A stretch of 64,000 nt of DNA, taken from assembly GCA_964019335.1 (NCBI GenBank), contig OZ025712.1, forward strand, positions 310,001 to 374,000. The letters run 5' to 3'. Of the stretch, positions 35,101 through 47,283 are shown one piece after another; position 1 is the stretch's first letter, and each line of letters starts with the position of its first letter. A model generated the notes under the pieces. That model was not told the origin of the DNA. It worked only from the letters and a program-made list of their open reading frames with translations, and ran no database searches. This DNA comes from Diplonema japonicum (taxonomy: Eukaryota; Protista; Euglenozoa: Diplonemea). The position numbers and the translations under genes were made by a program.

Positions 35101-37628
35101 TGCACGTCGGCATTTGCTGTGCATTCTGCCGCCATCGTTTCTTCGTCTTCCTCTTTGAGCATCTCCGCCACACGCGACTTCGCCGCACATGTCGCCGGGT
35201 CTGTTTTCGATTTGAACGTCACCAGAATGTTCGCTGGCCTCGCTTGGCGTACAGTAGAGCCGCCGACACCCGACCGCTCCATGCCCATCTTGCCCCCGTC
35301 AAAGCTCGCAATAACATCCTCCCTTCCAAGCCTGTCCACGCAGATCTTCATCGTTGTGCATGTCATTTTCAACACAGAATTCGGGTTCGCGTCTGCCGTG
35401 GGCGGTGGGTCCAACCATGCAGAGCTGTTGTACACCACATCACAGTCGTCAAGCTTCAGTTTTAACATGCACCCCAGCCAGTCACCTTCGGAATGGAAGT
35501 CAAGTATAGATTGCAGGTAGGGACCGATTAGGGTAAGCTCTTCTTTTTCTTTCGATTCGAAGTACGCGACGATCTCGAACTTGCCCGAGATGTGGAGATC
35601 TCTTTGAACGAGAAGAGAGTTGCGGGGCTGCGGTGGTGCAGGTTCGAAACGGATGGGGGGGCAAGGCTGGGAAGGAGAATGAACCGTCGAAGACCCAAAC
35701 GTGACAGACCGCGTGACATTCGTAGGTGGTTGGTACGGAGGCGGAGGCGGAGGCGGCACAGGCGCGGCTTGGAACCGCTTGTACCCATCACGCTCCCGGA
35801 ACGCATCATCGAAATCAGAAGTAGAAGATATCGGCGACATAGGCGAACACGGCCGACGGGTTGGCGTCATCCGACTACCTTCACAAGACTGCAACGAACC
35901 ACAAGAAGACGTCCTACCCACACTGAAACTGCCATAATCTTCATGAGGAGACTTGACACTTGGCGATATGAGTTCAGTCAACCCGCTCATGAAGTCCCGC
36001 ATCCAGGGCGTGTACAGAACAACACGAGGCGACATCCTCACCCGGATATTTTGATTCGCCGTGGTAACGGTTCCCTCCCGCGTGCATGTCGTTGTCACCA
36101 TAATTGTGACCTGCGGGCGTTGCTCGCCTGTTTTCGTCTTCACTGTTTGAAACTTCACCAAACGCCGGGACACCATCCGGGTTGCCTTATCGACTGTCAC
36201 GTCACCTTTCAGAACATTCGGGATATCCGCTTGAGAATGTACCTTCCAGCAAACATTGACAACGGACAGTGCGATCTCAACGCGAGTACCAGAGGGTTGT
36301 GCGGATATTCTCGCGAGTACGCCGGAGGATCGCCCGATTTGGCTGGCTTCGATTAAGATGTGCTCGTTGGGGAGGTCTTTGCAAGGCGATTTGATGTTTA
36401 GTTCGTTTCTCGCAGGCCCGCTTGAAGACGGCCTTGGTTCCGGTTCGATTAGCTCCAACAAAGGATCCCAAATATCCGGCAACGGAGTTTGATCCGCGAG
36501 AAGAATAGCTGCTGCAAAATGCATGACGTGGACAGTTATGCTCACTGGCGGTTCGTCAGCGTGTTGGGGTGTACTAGAAGCTGCTGCTTCATCTGAACCC
36601 ATTGATATCAAATCCGCAATACCTCTGAGGATTTGTAAGTTTCTGGACCCAACGATACAGTGAATCGATTGCAGGAAGAGAACCAGTTTCAAAGCAGATT
36701 GTTGACTTCTCGCCACGCTGCGGTCAGACGGAAACGTTAACTCAACAGTGTTCCGATCCTCAGCAACGCAAATAAAAATCACATCTGGTGATACATCAGA
36801 CGGTATTTCCGATTGGGTAGTTTTCATCGATCTCGGTGACATTAGAGTTGAAGAGAGCAGGTCCGCGTCGGCTTTTACCGTGTGGAGATAAACGACAAAT
36901 GCTTGGAAGGTCAGGATTTTACAGAAGAGCTTGCCTGTTAGCTTGTCGGGGGATGGGATATCTTTATCGTGAAACTCCAGCCAAGGGATCTCCACCCTTA
37001 GAATGTCGATCATTCCAGGTTGTGTTTGAGAGGGGAACCGGAGCGATATGTTTCCGTTTTTCACCACAATTTTCATTTTTTGAACCGCCTTGTCTATTAG
37101 TTCTTTTACCTTTGCTGATTGGAGCTCGTCTTCTTCTTCTTCTTCCTCTTCGTATTGCTCTTCTTGTTCTTCTCTGTCTGGTGTACCGCTTAAATCTTTA
37201 ACGTCTTGCCTACTAACATCACCCAATACCAAGGATCTTGCTAGTAAATCTTCCGCTTTCGCCGTTTCGTCCATCCTTGCTCCCAACCCTCCTTGGCTCT
37301 GGTCCATTTCAGGTTTTGCAATGTAATCCAGCACGATATCCACCTCTTTCAGACAGAATGTCAGCCCTAGTGTTTGCAGGGACCATGAGATGTCCAGTTG
37401 GCCTACCCTTCCGTAGGCTAGCTTTACGGGAAGGCCGGCTAGAAGTTGTTTGTTAACAACTTCTGTGTCAAACTCCAGCTTGTGGAGGGAGAACACCCCT
37501 TTTTGAAAGCTGAAGGCGGCAAACTGCTCGGGGTCCAGTTTTTTCAGGAACCGGTTCAACACCCTTTTTACGACGAAGCGGAGGACCTTGTCGGCTATCC
37601 AGTTCACGGCACTTTGCGCGAACTGCAT
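31429..37628 (-). CDS. ATG2: Autophagy protein Atg2 (chorein-N family lipid transfer protein); 5 exons (introns 32117-32160, 31977-32032, 31797-31846, 31554-31597)
   Basis: Chorein-N start (LRFVVKRVLNRFL), LYGGKDF, PLRVNIDQDALEFLERFF, IKLDYSSKR. The spliced C-terminus gives YQPATAYEGLRQG, KPMRG and LDPERRAEHTVLYK. Confidence 0.9.
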
Positions 37629-38280
37629 TTTATTTTTTTTTTTTTTAAAAAAAAAAAGAAAACGTTTATTCTTCTTGTTTTCTCCCCCTCCTCCGCCCCT
37701 CCTCTCCCGCCTTTTGATTTATTTATTTTTTCCAACAACAACAAAAAAAAGAATGAGAAACACAAAAAAAATATATCACACAATTGCAATAAAGAGGGAG
37801 CCAAAAAAAAAAAAAAGAAAAGAAAAAAAAGAAAAGAAGGAAAAGAAAAGTAGAAAATCATTTTTTTTTATTTTTGGGGGAAAAGTTCGACTTCAGGGAG
37901 GGGGGGATGAAAATTCTCTTTTTCTTTTCCGCATTTTTTTTTTTTTTAAATTGTAAAACTTGTAAATTTACCAATTTTTCTTTTCTTCTTTTTTTGCAGA
38001 CCCTAAACGCCATTGTTGAGACCTTTGACAAATATTCAGGCTGAAAAAGATAGAAGAAAAATTGGATCAATTCAGATTTATACTTTTCCCCGTTTATTTT
38101 TTTTTTCTTTTTATTATTTGGTTCTTTTCTTCTATTGTGAAGGGGTAAAAAAAAAAAAAAAAAAAAAAAAATACATAGGGGAGCATGCAGAAAATGAGTA
38201 AAAAAAAAAATGACTTACAATGGGAGGAAACGGCGGGAATAAAAAAAAAAAAGAAAATAAAAAGGAAACAATACATCAGG

Positions 38281-38322
<42 letters not shown>

Positions 38323-38421
38323 AAAAAAGAGAAAATACACACAATTTTATTTTATTTTTTTGTTTTATGGGAAAAAAAAAAAGAATATACAACATCACCC
38401 TCCCCCCCTCCCCTCCCTCAA

Positions 38422-40410
38422 TCACAGCGAAGGCAGCGTGAACGTACTAGGTAAAATGACGACAGAGTCAGGGCAAAGCGAATGTACCCACGATATCCAG
38501 GCATCTCTTTCATCGGGTGAGTTAAAGGCGATCACAACCCTTGCCTGATTAGAAGGAACCACAAACATGGACGTATCAGGGTAGTCCGTCCCCCCTGACT
38601 CCTCGGCACCACAACGAGAAATGTCATCCACGTGTATCTCTATAGGCTTCGGATCACCTTCCACCTTCAGCTCCAGAACCCATCCCCCAGCAGCATGCTT
38701 GCTGAGTAGAGTTGCTCTTTTGTAGGAGTAACGAGGGATAGACGTCAGCGACTGCAGAAGACAATTCACAGGCTCGGGAGCGTTCCCCCCTGTCCCTGTC
38801 CTTGTGGAAATCCTTGCACGTCCTGGTGAATACAATGTGTCTGATAACTCTGCCGCGCCAGGTGAAGCCGGCCTGTTGTACCTAGGGCTCCCTCCCAACG
38901 GGCTCCTCACGCTCAAAGGGCTCGGGCTCCGTGCCCCCATTGACGGGGCAATAGATGGATTGAGGTCGATTCTTCTATTAGGTGAGCTCCACACCAGGTT
39001 ATCAGGTGATCCTGGACGTCTGGAAGTAGGCATTCTGTCAAACACGGATTGGTGCGACAACGGGTGCATGGACCGTGGTGATGTGGCCCTTGTCCCCGAC
39101 CCGACTGGGTTCACGGAGACCCACGATGGGAATTGCTTGTCCCCGTCGTCGCTGTCGTACCCCGCCGCACCCCCGCTCCCGCTCCCTGCCCGCGCGCTCA
39201 GTTGTTTGAACCACAGCGGCTGCGACGGGTCCTCTGAGGTGCTTTTTACAGGCGACATAATGGTCGGCGAGGCGTACCCCGCATCGTGCACGGTGGCCGT
39301 GGCGACCCCCCCTGGCCCGGGGCTTGCTAGCGATGGGGGTGCGTACTCCGCGACAGACTGCATGCCAGGTGTGAATGGGAAGACTGCGTTCTGTATCCCT
39401 CTGTTGCTCCACATGACAGGGAAGGTTCCTTCGGGCGTCTCGTTGTGCACATCGTCGACAACGCTCGGCACAGGGCCGTGGGCCTCGCGGCACCGCGACA
39501 TAGCAGCGACAAGATCGCCGGGCTTACACTGCCCATGAGGAGAGAGGAGCAAAAGATGGTGACGGGGCTCGGAGCTGCGGTTGGACTGCCCCGGAGGATG
39601 GCATCCAAAGGGAGCCTTCGAAAATGGAAGAGACCACACAGGGCGTGTGGAGGGGACATCGTACACAATCGCAACGCGGGACTCGGGGATGAGGGACAGC
39701 TCGTTGAGCAGCTCGGCAGACTTGATGGGCCCCACGGTACGGTGGTCGGAGGGGTTGAACCCACCAGAGTCACCAAGCGAGGCAGTGCTAACTATGACAA
39801 GCACCACATCACCATCGCCTTCAGAACCCGCACATGTGGTGAGCCACCGCAGCCCAGCAAGAATGGACGCTCGAGTCGGTTTGTCAGGACCCTCCACAGA
39901 TAAGACACGCACGTCACCAGCACCGAGGGTTCTCGCGACACTGACCGCCATGTCTTCATCACAACCGTGTGATGTGATGACAACAAGACCGGTGGCTTTC
40001 CCACCACCAGTGACGACGACCTCTTTGAGCTCTTTAGTGATAGTGGCGGGGGTGGGGTTTGTGAAGGCTGTGAACTGATCACTCGGAACAGGCGGTGCAG
40101 CATGCAGGGATTCGTGTTTGTCGTTGTAGCTGTGATAGTCATCTTCGGTGTGGGCCCTGCTAGGACCGTTCTTGAAGAAGAGGAAGTAGAGGAGCGCGAG
40201 GAGAAGGCATAGAACAACAAACATGACAACAAGCCCCACAATTAGCCCGATGTAGTCTGTTGAGTCATCGTCAGGGACCAGCGTCATGGACACCACTGTC
40301 CCAGTCACAGTGCTGCTATTCACATCGATTACCTCTGGTGTCAACGTCACGGTAAGCGTTAAAGTTTCAGTAGCAGTAGCATTCTTCAGGGTAACGTTCG
40401 CCGTCGCCAT
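38422..40410 (-). CDS. Single-pass membrane protein with caspase-like (metacaspase-like, apparently inactive) region and C-terminal PH-like domain
   Basis: TM IGLIVGLVVMFVVLCLLLALLYFLFF; PTRASILAGLRWL..GDVVLV; C-terminal FNSPDERDAWISWV. Confidence 0.65.
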   Translation of the reverse strand: MATANVTLKNATATETLTLTVTLTPEVIDVNSSTVTGTVVSMTLVPDDDSTDYIGLIVGLVVMFVVLCLLLALLYFLFFKNGPSRAHTEDDYHSYNDKHESLHAAPPVPSDQFTAFTNPTPATITKELKEVVVTGGGKATGLVVITSHGCDEDMAVSVARTLGAGDVRVLSVEGPDKPTRASILAGLRWLTTCAGSEGDGDVVLVIVSTASLGDSGGFNPSDHRTVGPIKSAELLNELSLIPESRVAIVYDVPSTRPVWSLPFSKAPFGCHPPGQSNRSSEPRHHLLLLSPHGQCKPGDLVAAMSRCREAHGPVPSVVDDVHNETPEGTFPVMWSNRGIQNAVFPFTPGMQSVAEYAPPSLASPGPGGVATATVHDAGYASPTIMSPVKSTSEDPSQPLWFKQLSARAGSGSGGAAGYDSDDGDKQFPSWVSVNPVGSGTRATSPRSMHPLSHQSVFDRMPTSRRPGSPDNLVWSSPNRRIDLNPSIAPSMGARSPSPLSVRSPLGGSPRYNRPASPGAAELSDTLYSPGRARISTRTGTGGNAPEPVNCLLQSLTSIPRYSYKRATLLSKHAAGGWVLELKVEGDPKPIEIHVDDISRCGAEESGGTDYPDTSMFVVPSNQARVVIAFNSPDERDAWISWVHSLCPDSVVILPSTFTLPSL

Positions 40411-40838
40411 TTTATTTTCTTTTTTTTTTTCACAGGGGGGAAAAGGGGGGAGGAGGCTATGCCTCTCCCCTTCGTCCCTCCACTCCCTGTCCCTTTTGTA
40501 AAATAATTGTTGTTTTTAGCAGGAAAAAAAAGGGGGGGATAAAAAAGGTAGACAGATAAAAAGGAGATAGGAAAGAAAGAAAAAAAGGGGGGGAAGGGGG
40601 GGCACTTTTTATTTTTTTTTCCTTCCTTCTTCTAGTTAGGTGTAAATTAAAAAAAAAAAAGAATACTGTTTTGTACTTTGGAGGAAACAAGCAAAAAAAA
40701 AAAAAAAAAAAATCGTGATTGTGGAGCAGTGGTATAAATATTAGAAAAACAAAAGAATATTGAGAAAAAGAAAACTCGATAAAATTTCAGTGTGCATGGG
40801 GGTGCCAGAAAACAAAAAACCATTCTTTTTAGGCGTGC

Positions 40839-40955
40839 TTTTTTTTTTTTTTTTTGCGCTCACCAGGCCGAGCTGAGCTTAGTCCCCGTTGTCCCCATTC
40901 TGAGGGCTCTAGCGGGTAACTAGTGCGGTGGTCAAACTGCGGGGCTGCCCCGTGA
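40839..40955 (-). mobile_element. 5'-truncated LINE 3' end with poly(A) tail
   Basis: ~100 nt highly similar to 15640-15735, followed on the minus strand by a 17-nt A-run. Confidence 0.75.
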
Positions 40956-41150
40956 CATATACCACCTCACGCTCCCTAAAAAAAAGGGGGGGGGCATAAA
41001 ATGTAACAGGGTAACGCTCATAAATTCGTTCCAAGTCCTTTTCTTCTTTTTTTTTCCCCCCTCCCTCCTATCTATCAAACCCCCCTTTTTTTTATTTTAA
41101 AAAAACGAAATGTGAAGAACACCGTTAAGAACACACACCCATTGCAACAC

Positions 41151-42455
41151 TCAACCCGCTTGCAGTGAGTGGCACAGCACACCAACAAAGCAAATCAGAA
41201 CCAAGAAGGGTGTGCACCAAACCGGGGTGAAGACTACTGCGTAGTGGATGGATCGATACTCAACAGAGAGAGACAGAAGGAGGAGCGTGAGGTTCATTGC
41301 TGTACACGTCACGCATGTCACGGGGCGAAGAAATAGCTTGCGAAACTTTTTCCGCAGTGGGTTCGGGGTGGTCCACAACGAAATCAAAGCAAAGTGAAGG
41401 GGCAACGATAAAAGCGCGACCTGCCCCGGACAACCCCACGCCAATGCGAAGAACACCGTTAAATTCGCATTAAAACACAAAGGCAGAATACAATGTACAG
41501 GCGATGCAAAGCCCTTAAACGAGACCAACATTTGCAAGTTGACAGCCTCCATTGCAAGTACCGATCGGTGAGTTATACTTCTCGCGATCTCGACCAAACA
41601 CATCAGCGAGACGATGAGGTGCGATCCTGTAAAGACCGCCATCGCCAATGACCAAAATCGTTCAGGCAGCACCCGGATCGAAATTAGATTCAGCAAAACA
41701 ACACCCGCAACAATCCCCAGCAAAGAAGCAACCACAACGATTAGATTCGAATGCACCAGGCACCTCCTTGGGATGATGTTGAAGTGTTCCACAAGCTGCG
41801 TCCCGCCCATTGCCCTGCTTCGCATAATTCGTTTCAAAACAGACAGGCATCCTGCAAAAACAGCCACCATATACCCAGACATCAAGCCAGTCCAAGCTGG
41901 GAGGAAAGGGCCATTTTGCTGCCCCAATACACAACATATTCCAAGCAGGGAAATTTGCAGATACACCACCACGGGGAAGGCTATCACCAGTTTGAGCACA
42001 AATGTTGGGAGAGTGATGATGTCGGGTGGTGCCGCTGCAACCGAGAGGTGTTTCCACTTGAACAGTAAAACGTAGATTTCATGCATATCGGCAGCTTTTA
42101 AGTAAGGTCTTGGGGTGTAGGGGAGACACAGGCCGCGGCAGACAGTATGAAGCCCGTTATTCCAGAATACCGCAGCGGTTTTGTCGTCGCTTCTCATTGA
42201 GGACCGGAAGGCGGTGCACACTCCCATTAGCCGCACCGCTTCACGGTGTGTAAGGAAGTAGAATATTTGCCTCACCACATCGCTGGGAAGCCAAACATCA
42301 TGTTTTCTTTTGTGGTTGCTGCTCCACTTCACGATCCCCGTGTTCTCGCTGGGTAGCAGGCAGCTGATGTCGATCTCATATTGCGATGGGTTGGGTGTGC
42401 CATGATGCTGTACTGGCATATCGTTGCTATCGCGGTTGCTTCCATTCAGAGACAT
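41151..42455 (-). CDS. F-box-like domain fused to a multi-pass membrane region
   Basis: LPSDVVRQIFYFL..AVRLMGVCTAFR followed by ~7-8 hydrophobic segments. Confidence 0.65.
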   Translation of the reverse strand: MSLNGSNRDSNDMPVQHHGTPNPSQYEIDISCLLPSENTGIVKWSSNHKRKHDVWLPSDVVRQIFYFLTHREAVRLMGVCTAFRSSMRSDDKTAAVFWNNGLHTVCRGLCLPYTPRPYLKAADMHEIYVLLFKWKHLSVAAAPPDIITLPTFVLKLVIAFPVVVYLQISLLGICCVLGQQNGPFLPAWTGLMSGYMVAVFAGCLSVLKRIMRSRAMGGTQLVEHFNIIPRRCLVHSNLIVVVASLLGIVAGVVLLNLISIRVLPERFWSLAMAVFTGSHLIVSLMCLVEIARSITHRSVLAMEAVNLQMLVSFKGFASPVHCILPLCFNANLTVFFALAWGCPGQVALLSLPLHFALISLWTTPNPLRKKFRKLFLRPVTCVTCTAMNLTLLLLSLSVEYRSIHYAVVFTPVWCTPFLVLICFVGVLCHSLQAG

Positions 42456-42890
42456 CTTGAGGGCATTTTGTTTTCTCTTTTTTTTTTTTCCCCTCTCTTC
42501 TTTTTTTGGGGCTCGTTGAAATATGAATATTACGTTGTATGGATTTTAAAAAAAAAAGAAAAGAAAAAGAAAAAGAAAAAAAGAAAGTGTAATAGTTTGT
42601 ATAACAATAGCTCAGTTGAGGGGAGGGGGCATTTTTTTTCTTTGTTTGCAATTCTTTTTTAAAGGGGGTGTGTGTGAATTGAGATTCGTGACGAGGAACC
42701 GATCCTTTACAGCAACTGGACACCATCACAAGGGGGGAGAGGGGAGAGGGGAATTTAACTTTCCCCCCCTCCCCAGGATTGTGTGTACTGCATAAAAGGT
42801 GGGGGGGGGGAAGAAAAATTAAGTCAGTGTACGCACAAAAAAAAACGAAAACGAAAATTTTCGAAAGGAAAGAAAAAAGAAAAGAAATGG

Positions 42891-43103
42891 GGCTTTGATT
42901 GCAACACTAAGTGGCGTTAAGTGTGCAACAAAGCATGAACTGGCTACTTGATTACAGGGGGTGCACCTCGGCCGAGCTTTGTGTCGCAGCTCAACCCTAG
43001 GGGCGTCCCGGGTAATCAAGATTCTGCGCTCGTGCAGTTTGCTGCCTGTTCGTCACCCTGAGCATTTGCAACCGGTGATGACCGACGTGGGGCAGTGACA
43101 TCT
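42891..43103 (+). ncRNA. Candidate structured RNA (three hairpins, 3' ACA)
   Basis: Three consecutive stem-loops whose G-U pairs favour the + strand; ends ACA-tct. Confidence 0.35.
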
Positions 43104-43628
43104 AATGTACTTCTTATGTATCCATGTTCTCCCCACCACCTTTAAGAAAAGAAATTCATTTCACAGAATATAACTCCCCCCCGCCCAGGAAGACGCAGTA
43201 GAGTACACCACTCCTCACCCTTCACGGTGCAAGGTAATTTTTTGATGCAAAATCCAATCCTGTTTTTCCTGATGTTCTTCTCTTTTTTGTTTTTTTTTCT
43301 TTTTTATAGTTCTTCCGCATTATCGCTTCTTTCCCCTCCCTGTTTTTTTTTTTTTTTCCCTTTTTTTTTTTTTTTTTTTTTTTCCTTTTTTTTTTTTCTT
43401 TTTTCTTTTTTTTTTCTTTTTTTTTTCCATGCAACGTAGAACACCAATTGTGGTAAAATATACCTTTCTGAGCAGGTACGAAAGACAAGGGGAAAGAGAA
43501 AAAAAAAAGGAAAAAAAAAAAAAAGTATCTGTATCATTCAAAGGAGAATTACTGTATCAGGCACTTGTCAGTCAGTTATATGTACATTAAAAATTTAAAA
43601 AAAAGTTTTTTTTTTTCTTTTTTTTTTT

Positions 43629-45017
43629 TCAAGGTGGTGTCAAGGGTCCCAGCAACGGACTGAGGAACTCTAGCTCGCCATTCGGCACCGGTAGATGGAT
43701 AGAATTCGTCGCTTCCTCTTGCAAAGCATTCTTCAAGGCCGTCCCTTGTATGTCTTCCACCAGATTGTCCTCGACCGTGTTCCCATTAAGAAGCTGGTGG
43801 CTGTTTTCAAACGAGCGCATACCGTACTCGTTACCCACAATGGTGTTCCCTTTGATACGGACCTGCGAGTTTCCGTAAAAAACAAGACCCCCCCTGCCGC
43901 AGTCGGTGACGGTATTTCCGTCAATAGTTCCAAGGGAAAAATCGTTGATGTCAGCGCCTCCGAGATTTGCTTTTGAAACGGTATTTCCTTCGAAATAAAA
44001 TCTTGTGTGGTGGCGGGTGAATAATCCGCATGAATCAAGATTGTCGAACGAGCAGTTTCTGACGGTTGCGGTTGCACTGTCTCTTAAAAACACTCCGGAA
44101 CCTTTAATATCGTGAATTTTTGAATTGAGTAAATGAAGTGATGCCTCATCAACCATGTTTATCCCGTTCCCGGGAGATCTTGAAGATAGGTCGCAGTGGT
44201 CGATCATAACGGAGGATTTCCCTTTCGCTTCCATTAGGCATATTCCAAATGGGCTGGTTTCTCGGAGGGTGAGGTTGCGCAGAGCTCCTCCGCCGCTTCC
44301 TGAAAACACAACAGTTGGATGATTTTCGGTCGTTGTTATCACGATATCACCCTTGGCGCCTTCCCCGTAGAATTCCAAACGTTTCGTTGTAAAAATACAT
44401 TCTTCGTACCTCCCTGGCAATATTACAATTCGATCACCCGACACAGCAGCTGCAACTGCGGTACCGATCGTGGTGTATGGGGTGTCTTTATCTTGCGACA
44501 CTACCAAAGATGTACAATTAAATGCAATGCGGCGTAGGCCGGGAAGGCCGTAGAATTCCGCTTCTCTTGCAATGCTTGCAGCTGCTTCTTTTGATATTCC
44601 TTTCAGCCCGGCGAAGTTTTCCTTTGATACGTATTCTGAAATAATTTGTATGTGGGTGGGGTCTCTGTCAATGATGAAAGGTTGTTTCCCTCGGCTTTCT
44701 AGCAGTGCGTCGAAAAGAGTATAGCTTTCTGTTGTTCTGTTGATGGTCAGCCGGAGTTCTGCGCCTCCCACTATGAGGTGTAAGGTGCGTTGTTTCTTGT
44801 TGGTCTGCCCGTAGAGGGAACTTTCTCTTTCAACAAGTTCCTCGCGTTTTCGCTTGTATTGGGTTTTGTGTTGTTTTTCTTCTTCTTCTGCGTTCGCAAC
44901 CCGCTCGCTGAACGAGCTTTCCAAGCTTTCGTAAAATTTCCGCAGGGTCGAGATTAGTTTTTTTGGGTCTTCTTCTTCCTCTTGAATGCGGCCGCGCTTT
45001 CTCCGGGGGGAGTACAT
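43629..45017 (-). CDS. BTB/POZ plus right-handed beta-helix (PbH1) protein
   Basis: FIIDRDPTHI..I.EY and REAEFYGL (KCTD-type BTB); TIGTAV..GDRIVILPGRY and parallel beta-helix repeats. Confidence 0.85.
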   Translation of the reverse strand: MYSPRRKRGRIQEEEEDPKKLISTLRKFYESLESSFSERVANAEEEEKQHKTQYKRKREELVERESSLYGQTNKKQRTLHLIVGGAELRLTINRTTESYTLFDALLESRGKQPFIIDRDPTHIQIISEYVSKENFAGLKGISKEAAASIAREAEFYGLPGLRRIAFNCTSLVVSQDKDTPYTTIGTAVAAAVSGDRIVILPGRYEECIFTTKRLEFYGEGAKGDIVITTTENHPTVVFSGSGGGALRNLTLRETSPFGICLMEAKGKSSVMIDHCDLSSRSPGNGINMVDEASLHLLNSKIHDIKGSGVFLRDSATATVRNCSFDNLDSCGLFTRHHTRFYFEGNTVSKANLGGADINDFSLGTIDGNTVTDCGRGGLVFYGNSQVRIKGNTIVGNEYGMRSFENSHQLLNGNTVEDNLVEDIQGTALKNALQEEATNSIHLPVPNGELEFLSPLLGPLTPP

Positions 45018-45971
45018 TTTTTTTTTTTTCCCCTTCCTTTTTCTTGAATTGTATAAATAATTTTTATAAAAAAAAAATTTTTTTTTTTAAAATAAACAAA
45101 AAAAAAAGATTTTGGGTGGGGTCGGGAGTGTGGAAATAATAATAAATAAAGAAGTAAATTCCGGCAGGTGTGACTAAAGAAAAAGGGAGGGGGGGGAGGG
45201 GGAAATATGAAAAAAAAAAACACTTGGATGGGGTAAAAAAAAATGAAATGAAAATACTGTAAAACAGTAAAGTAAAAAAAAAAGAAATATAAGCTCCCTT
45301 TTTTGTTTTGTTCCCCTTTTTTATTTTCTCGTTTTTTTTTTTTTTTTTCCCTTCCTCTTTTTTTTTTTGTTTTGTTTCATTCTGTGGTTCCACCGTAGAA
45401 CCGCAGGAATGAAAAAAAATAAAAAAGTTTTAAAGAACATAAAAATAGGGACCTTCAGGTGCCCTATTATCATTATTTTTCATTTGCAGTACTTTTCGAG
45501 GGGCGAAAAGGGAAAAATAAAGAGAAAAAGCACACTTGTTGTATTAGCAAATTGAATATAAGCCTTCTCGCTTTACCAGATTTTGTACTTCTTTTGGGGG
45601 GGTTTTTTTTTCTTTCCCTCCCTCTTCATTTTCTTTTTTTTTTCCCTGTTTTCCCATTCTGTGATCCCTTCATCGTGGTTGTAAAAAAAAAAAAAATTGG
45701 AGAAAAAAAAAAAAGAAACAGAAATGAGTAAGAAAAAAAAAATTGGAAAAAAAAAGGGGTGGAGAAAAAAAAAATGAAAATCGGGTGGGGTTGGGTTAAA
45801 AAAAAAAAATCCCAGGGGAAAAAAAAGAAAAAATGGGGGGGGGGAGTGGGAAGGAATGAGTAATACATTGAATAAAGAAAAAAAGGGGAAATTTGTCCGT
45901 TACCTCTCTAATCTTTTTTTTTTTTTTTTTTTGAAAAATTTTTTTTTCCATTTTTTTTTTAAATATTTTTT

Positions 45972-46037
45972 TTAGATCAGGCCCCTTTCGGCCTTCATTT
46001 CAAGGCGGAGCTTGGCGACAGTGGCGATGCTCTCCCT

Positions 46038-46076
<39 letters not shown>

Positions 46077-46497
46077 CCAAACACCTGGCCCTCCTCTCCG
46101 CGTGCTCGGTGGGGTACTGGCAAAGGGTGCCGTCGGTTGCCCACCTGAAACGAACCTCAGACTCTGTCTCGTCGTACTCGGTCCCATCGTATCTCGAATT
46201 GTCAGAAATCCAAGGACCCATTTCGCTGTCTACCCTGCGGTACCCGAAGTCGTAAAAGACGTAAGCGGCCTCAATTGGGATGAAGAAGAAGATAATCCAC
46301 CCTGACCTCTCCAGAATGGACCTCATGATCCCGTGGTGCCAGTATCCAAGGAAGTAAGGGTTAGCACCAAACTGCTTCGGCCCTGCTCCGTGTCTGGTAG
46401 AACAATCGTAGTTGCTGGTGAAAGTCCTCTTCTGGTTCTTTAGCCCTCTTGCGGCTCTTGCCGCCGCAGCACCAAGCCTCATGGTGACTCCAAACAT
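45972..46497 (-). CDS. Small putative mitochondrial membrane protein; 2 exons (intron 46036-46084)
   Basis: Presequence-like N-terminus, one TM, spliced end RAR|ESIATVAKLRLEMKAERGLI*. Confidence 0.65.
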
Positions 46498-47283
46498 TTT
46501 TTTTCCCCCCCTTTTCTTGTGGGTGTGTTTTGGGGGAAAAAAAAAAAAAAAAAGAAAAATTGAAAAAAAAAAATTGTGGTGCGTAGTCTTTCCGTTGTTT
46601 TTTTTTTTTTTTTTTTTTTTTTTTTCTCCTTTCAGAAAGACAGGAAATGAGAGAGAACGAAAAACGGGAGGATGGGAAAGATACTATTACTAACCGTATT
46701 TCTTTTTTTTTTTTTTTTAAACGGTCCAAAAGAAGGCCAAAAAAAAAATTGTTTTTCTATAAAGTCAGGCGGCGGCAAAGGCCATTAACTAAGAACCCTC
46801 TTCTTTTTTTTTGAAATACGGTACAAAAAAGAGAAAAAAAACAAAGAAGAAAAAAAAACACCCCCCGAAGGTAAGGGAGGGAGAAAACAAAGGCGGAAAA
46901 AGTAAAGAGAAGAAAAAAGAAAAAAAAAAGAAAAAAAAACTAAGCTCTTTTTTTCCCGCTCGTGCGCACAAACAAATGGAGCGCCAGTTTTTTTTTTTTT
47001 TTTTTTTCCCCTTTTTTTCTTCTTCTTTCTCTTTCTTCATAACATTTTCTTCTTCTTTTTTTTTTTTTTTTTTTTTTTTTTTGCTCTTAAAAAATACTTT
47101 TTCGAAGCTTTTTTTTTTTCGAAGGGGAGAAGGAGGGAAAAAAATCCTATTTCTTTTTAAAAAAAATATAAAAAAATTCGGTGCATGCACACACGAAGCA
47201 CGTTTTTTTAAACAGAATCTTCTCAACCTCATCATCCCCCCTCTTTTTTTTTTTTCTTCTTTCTTTCCAACCTCTCTTCAAAA

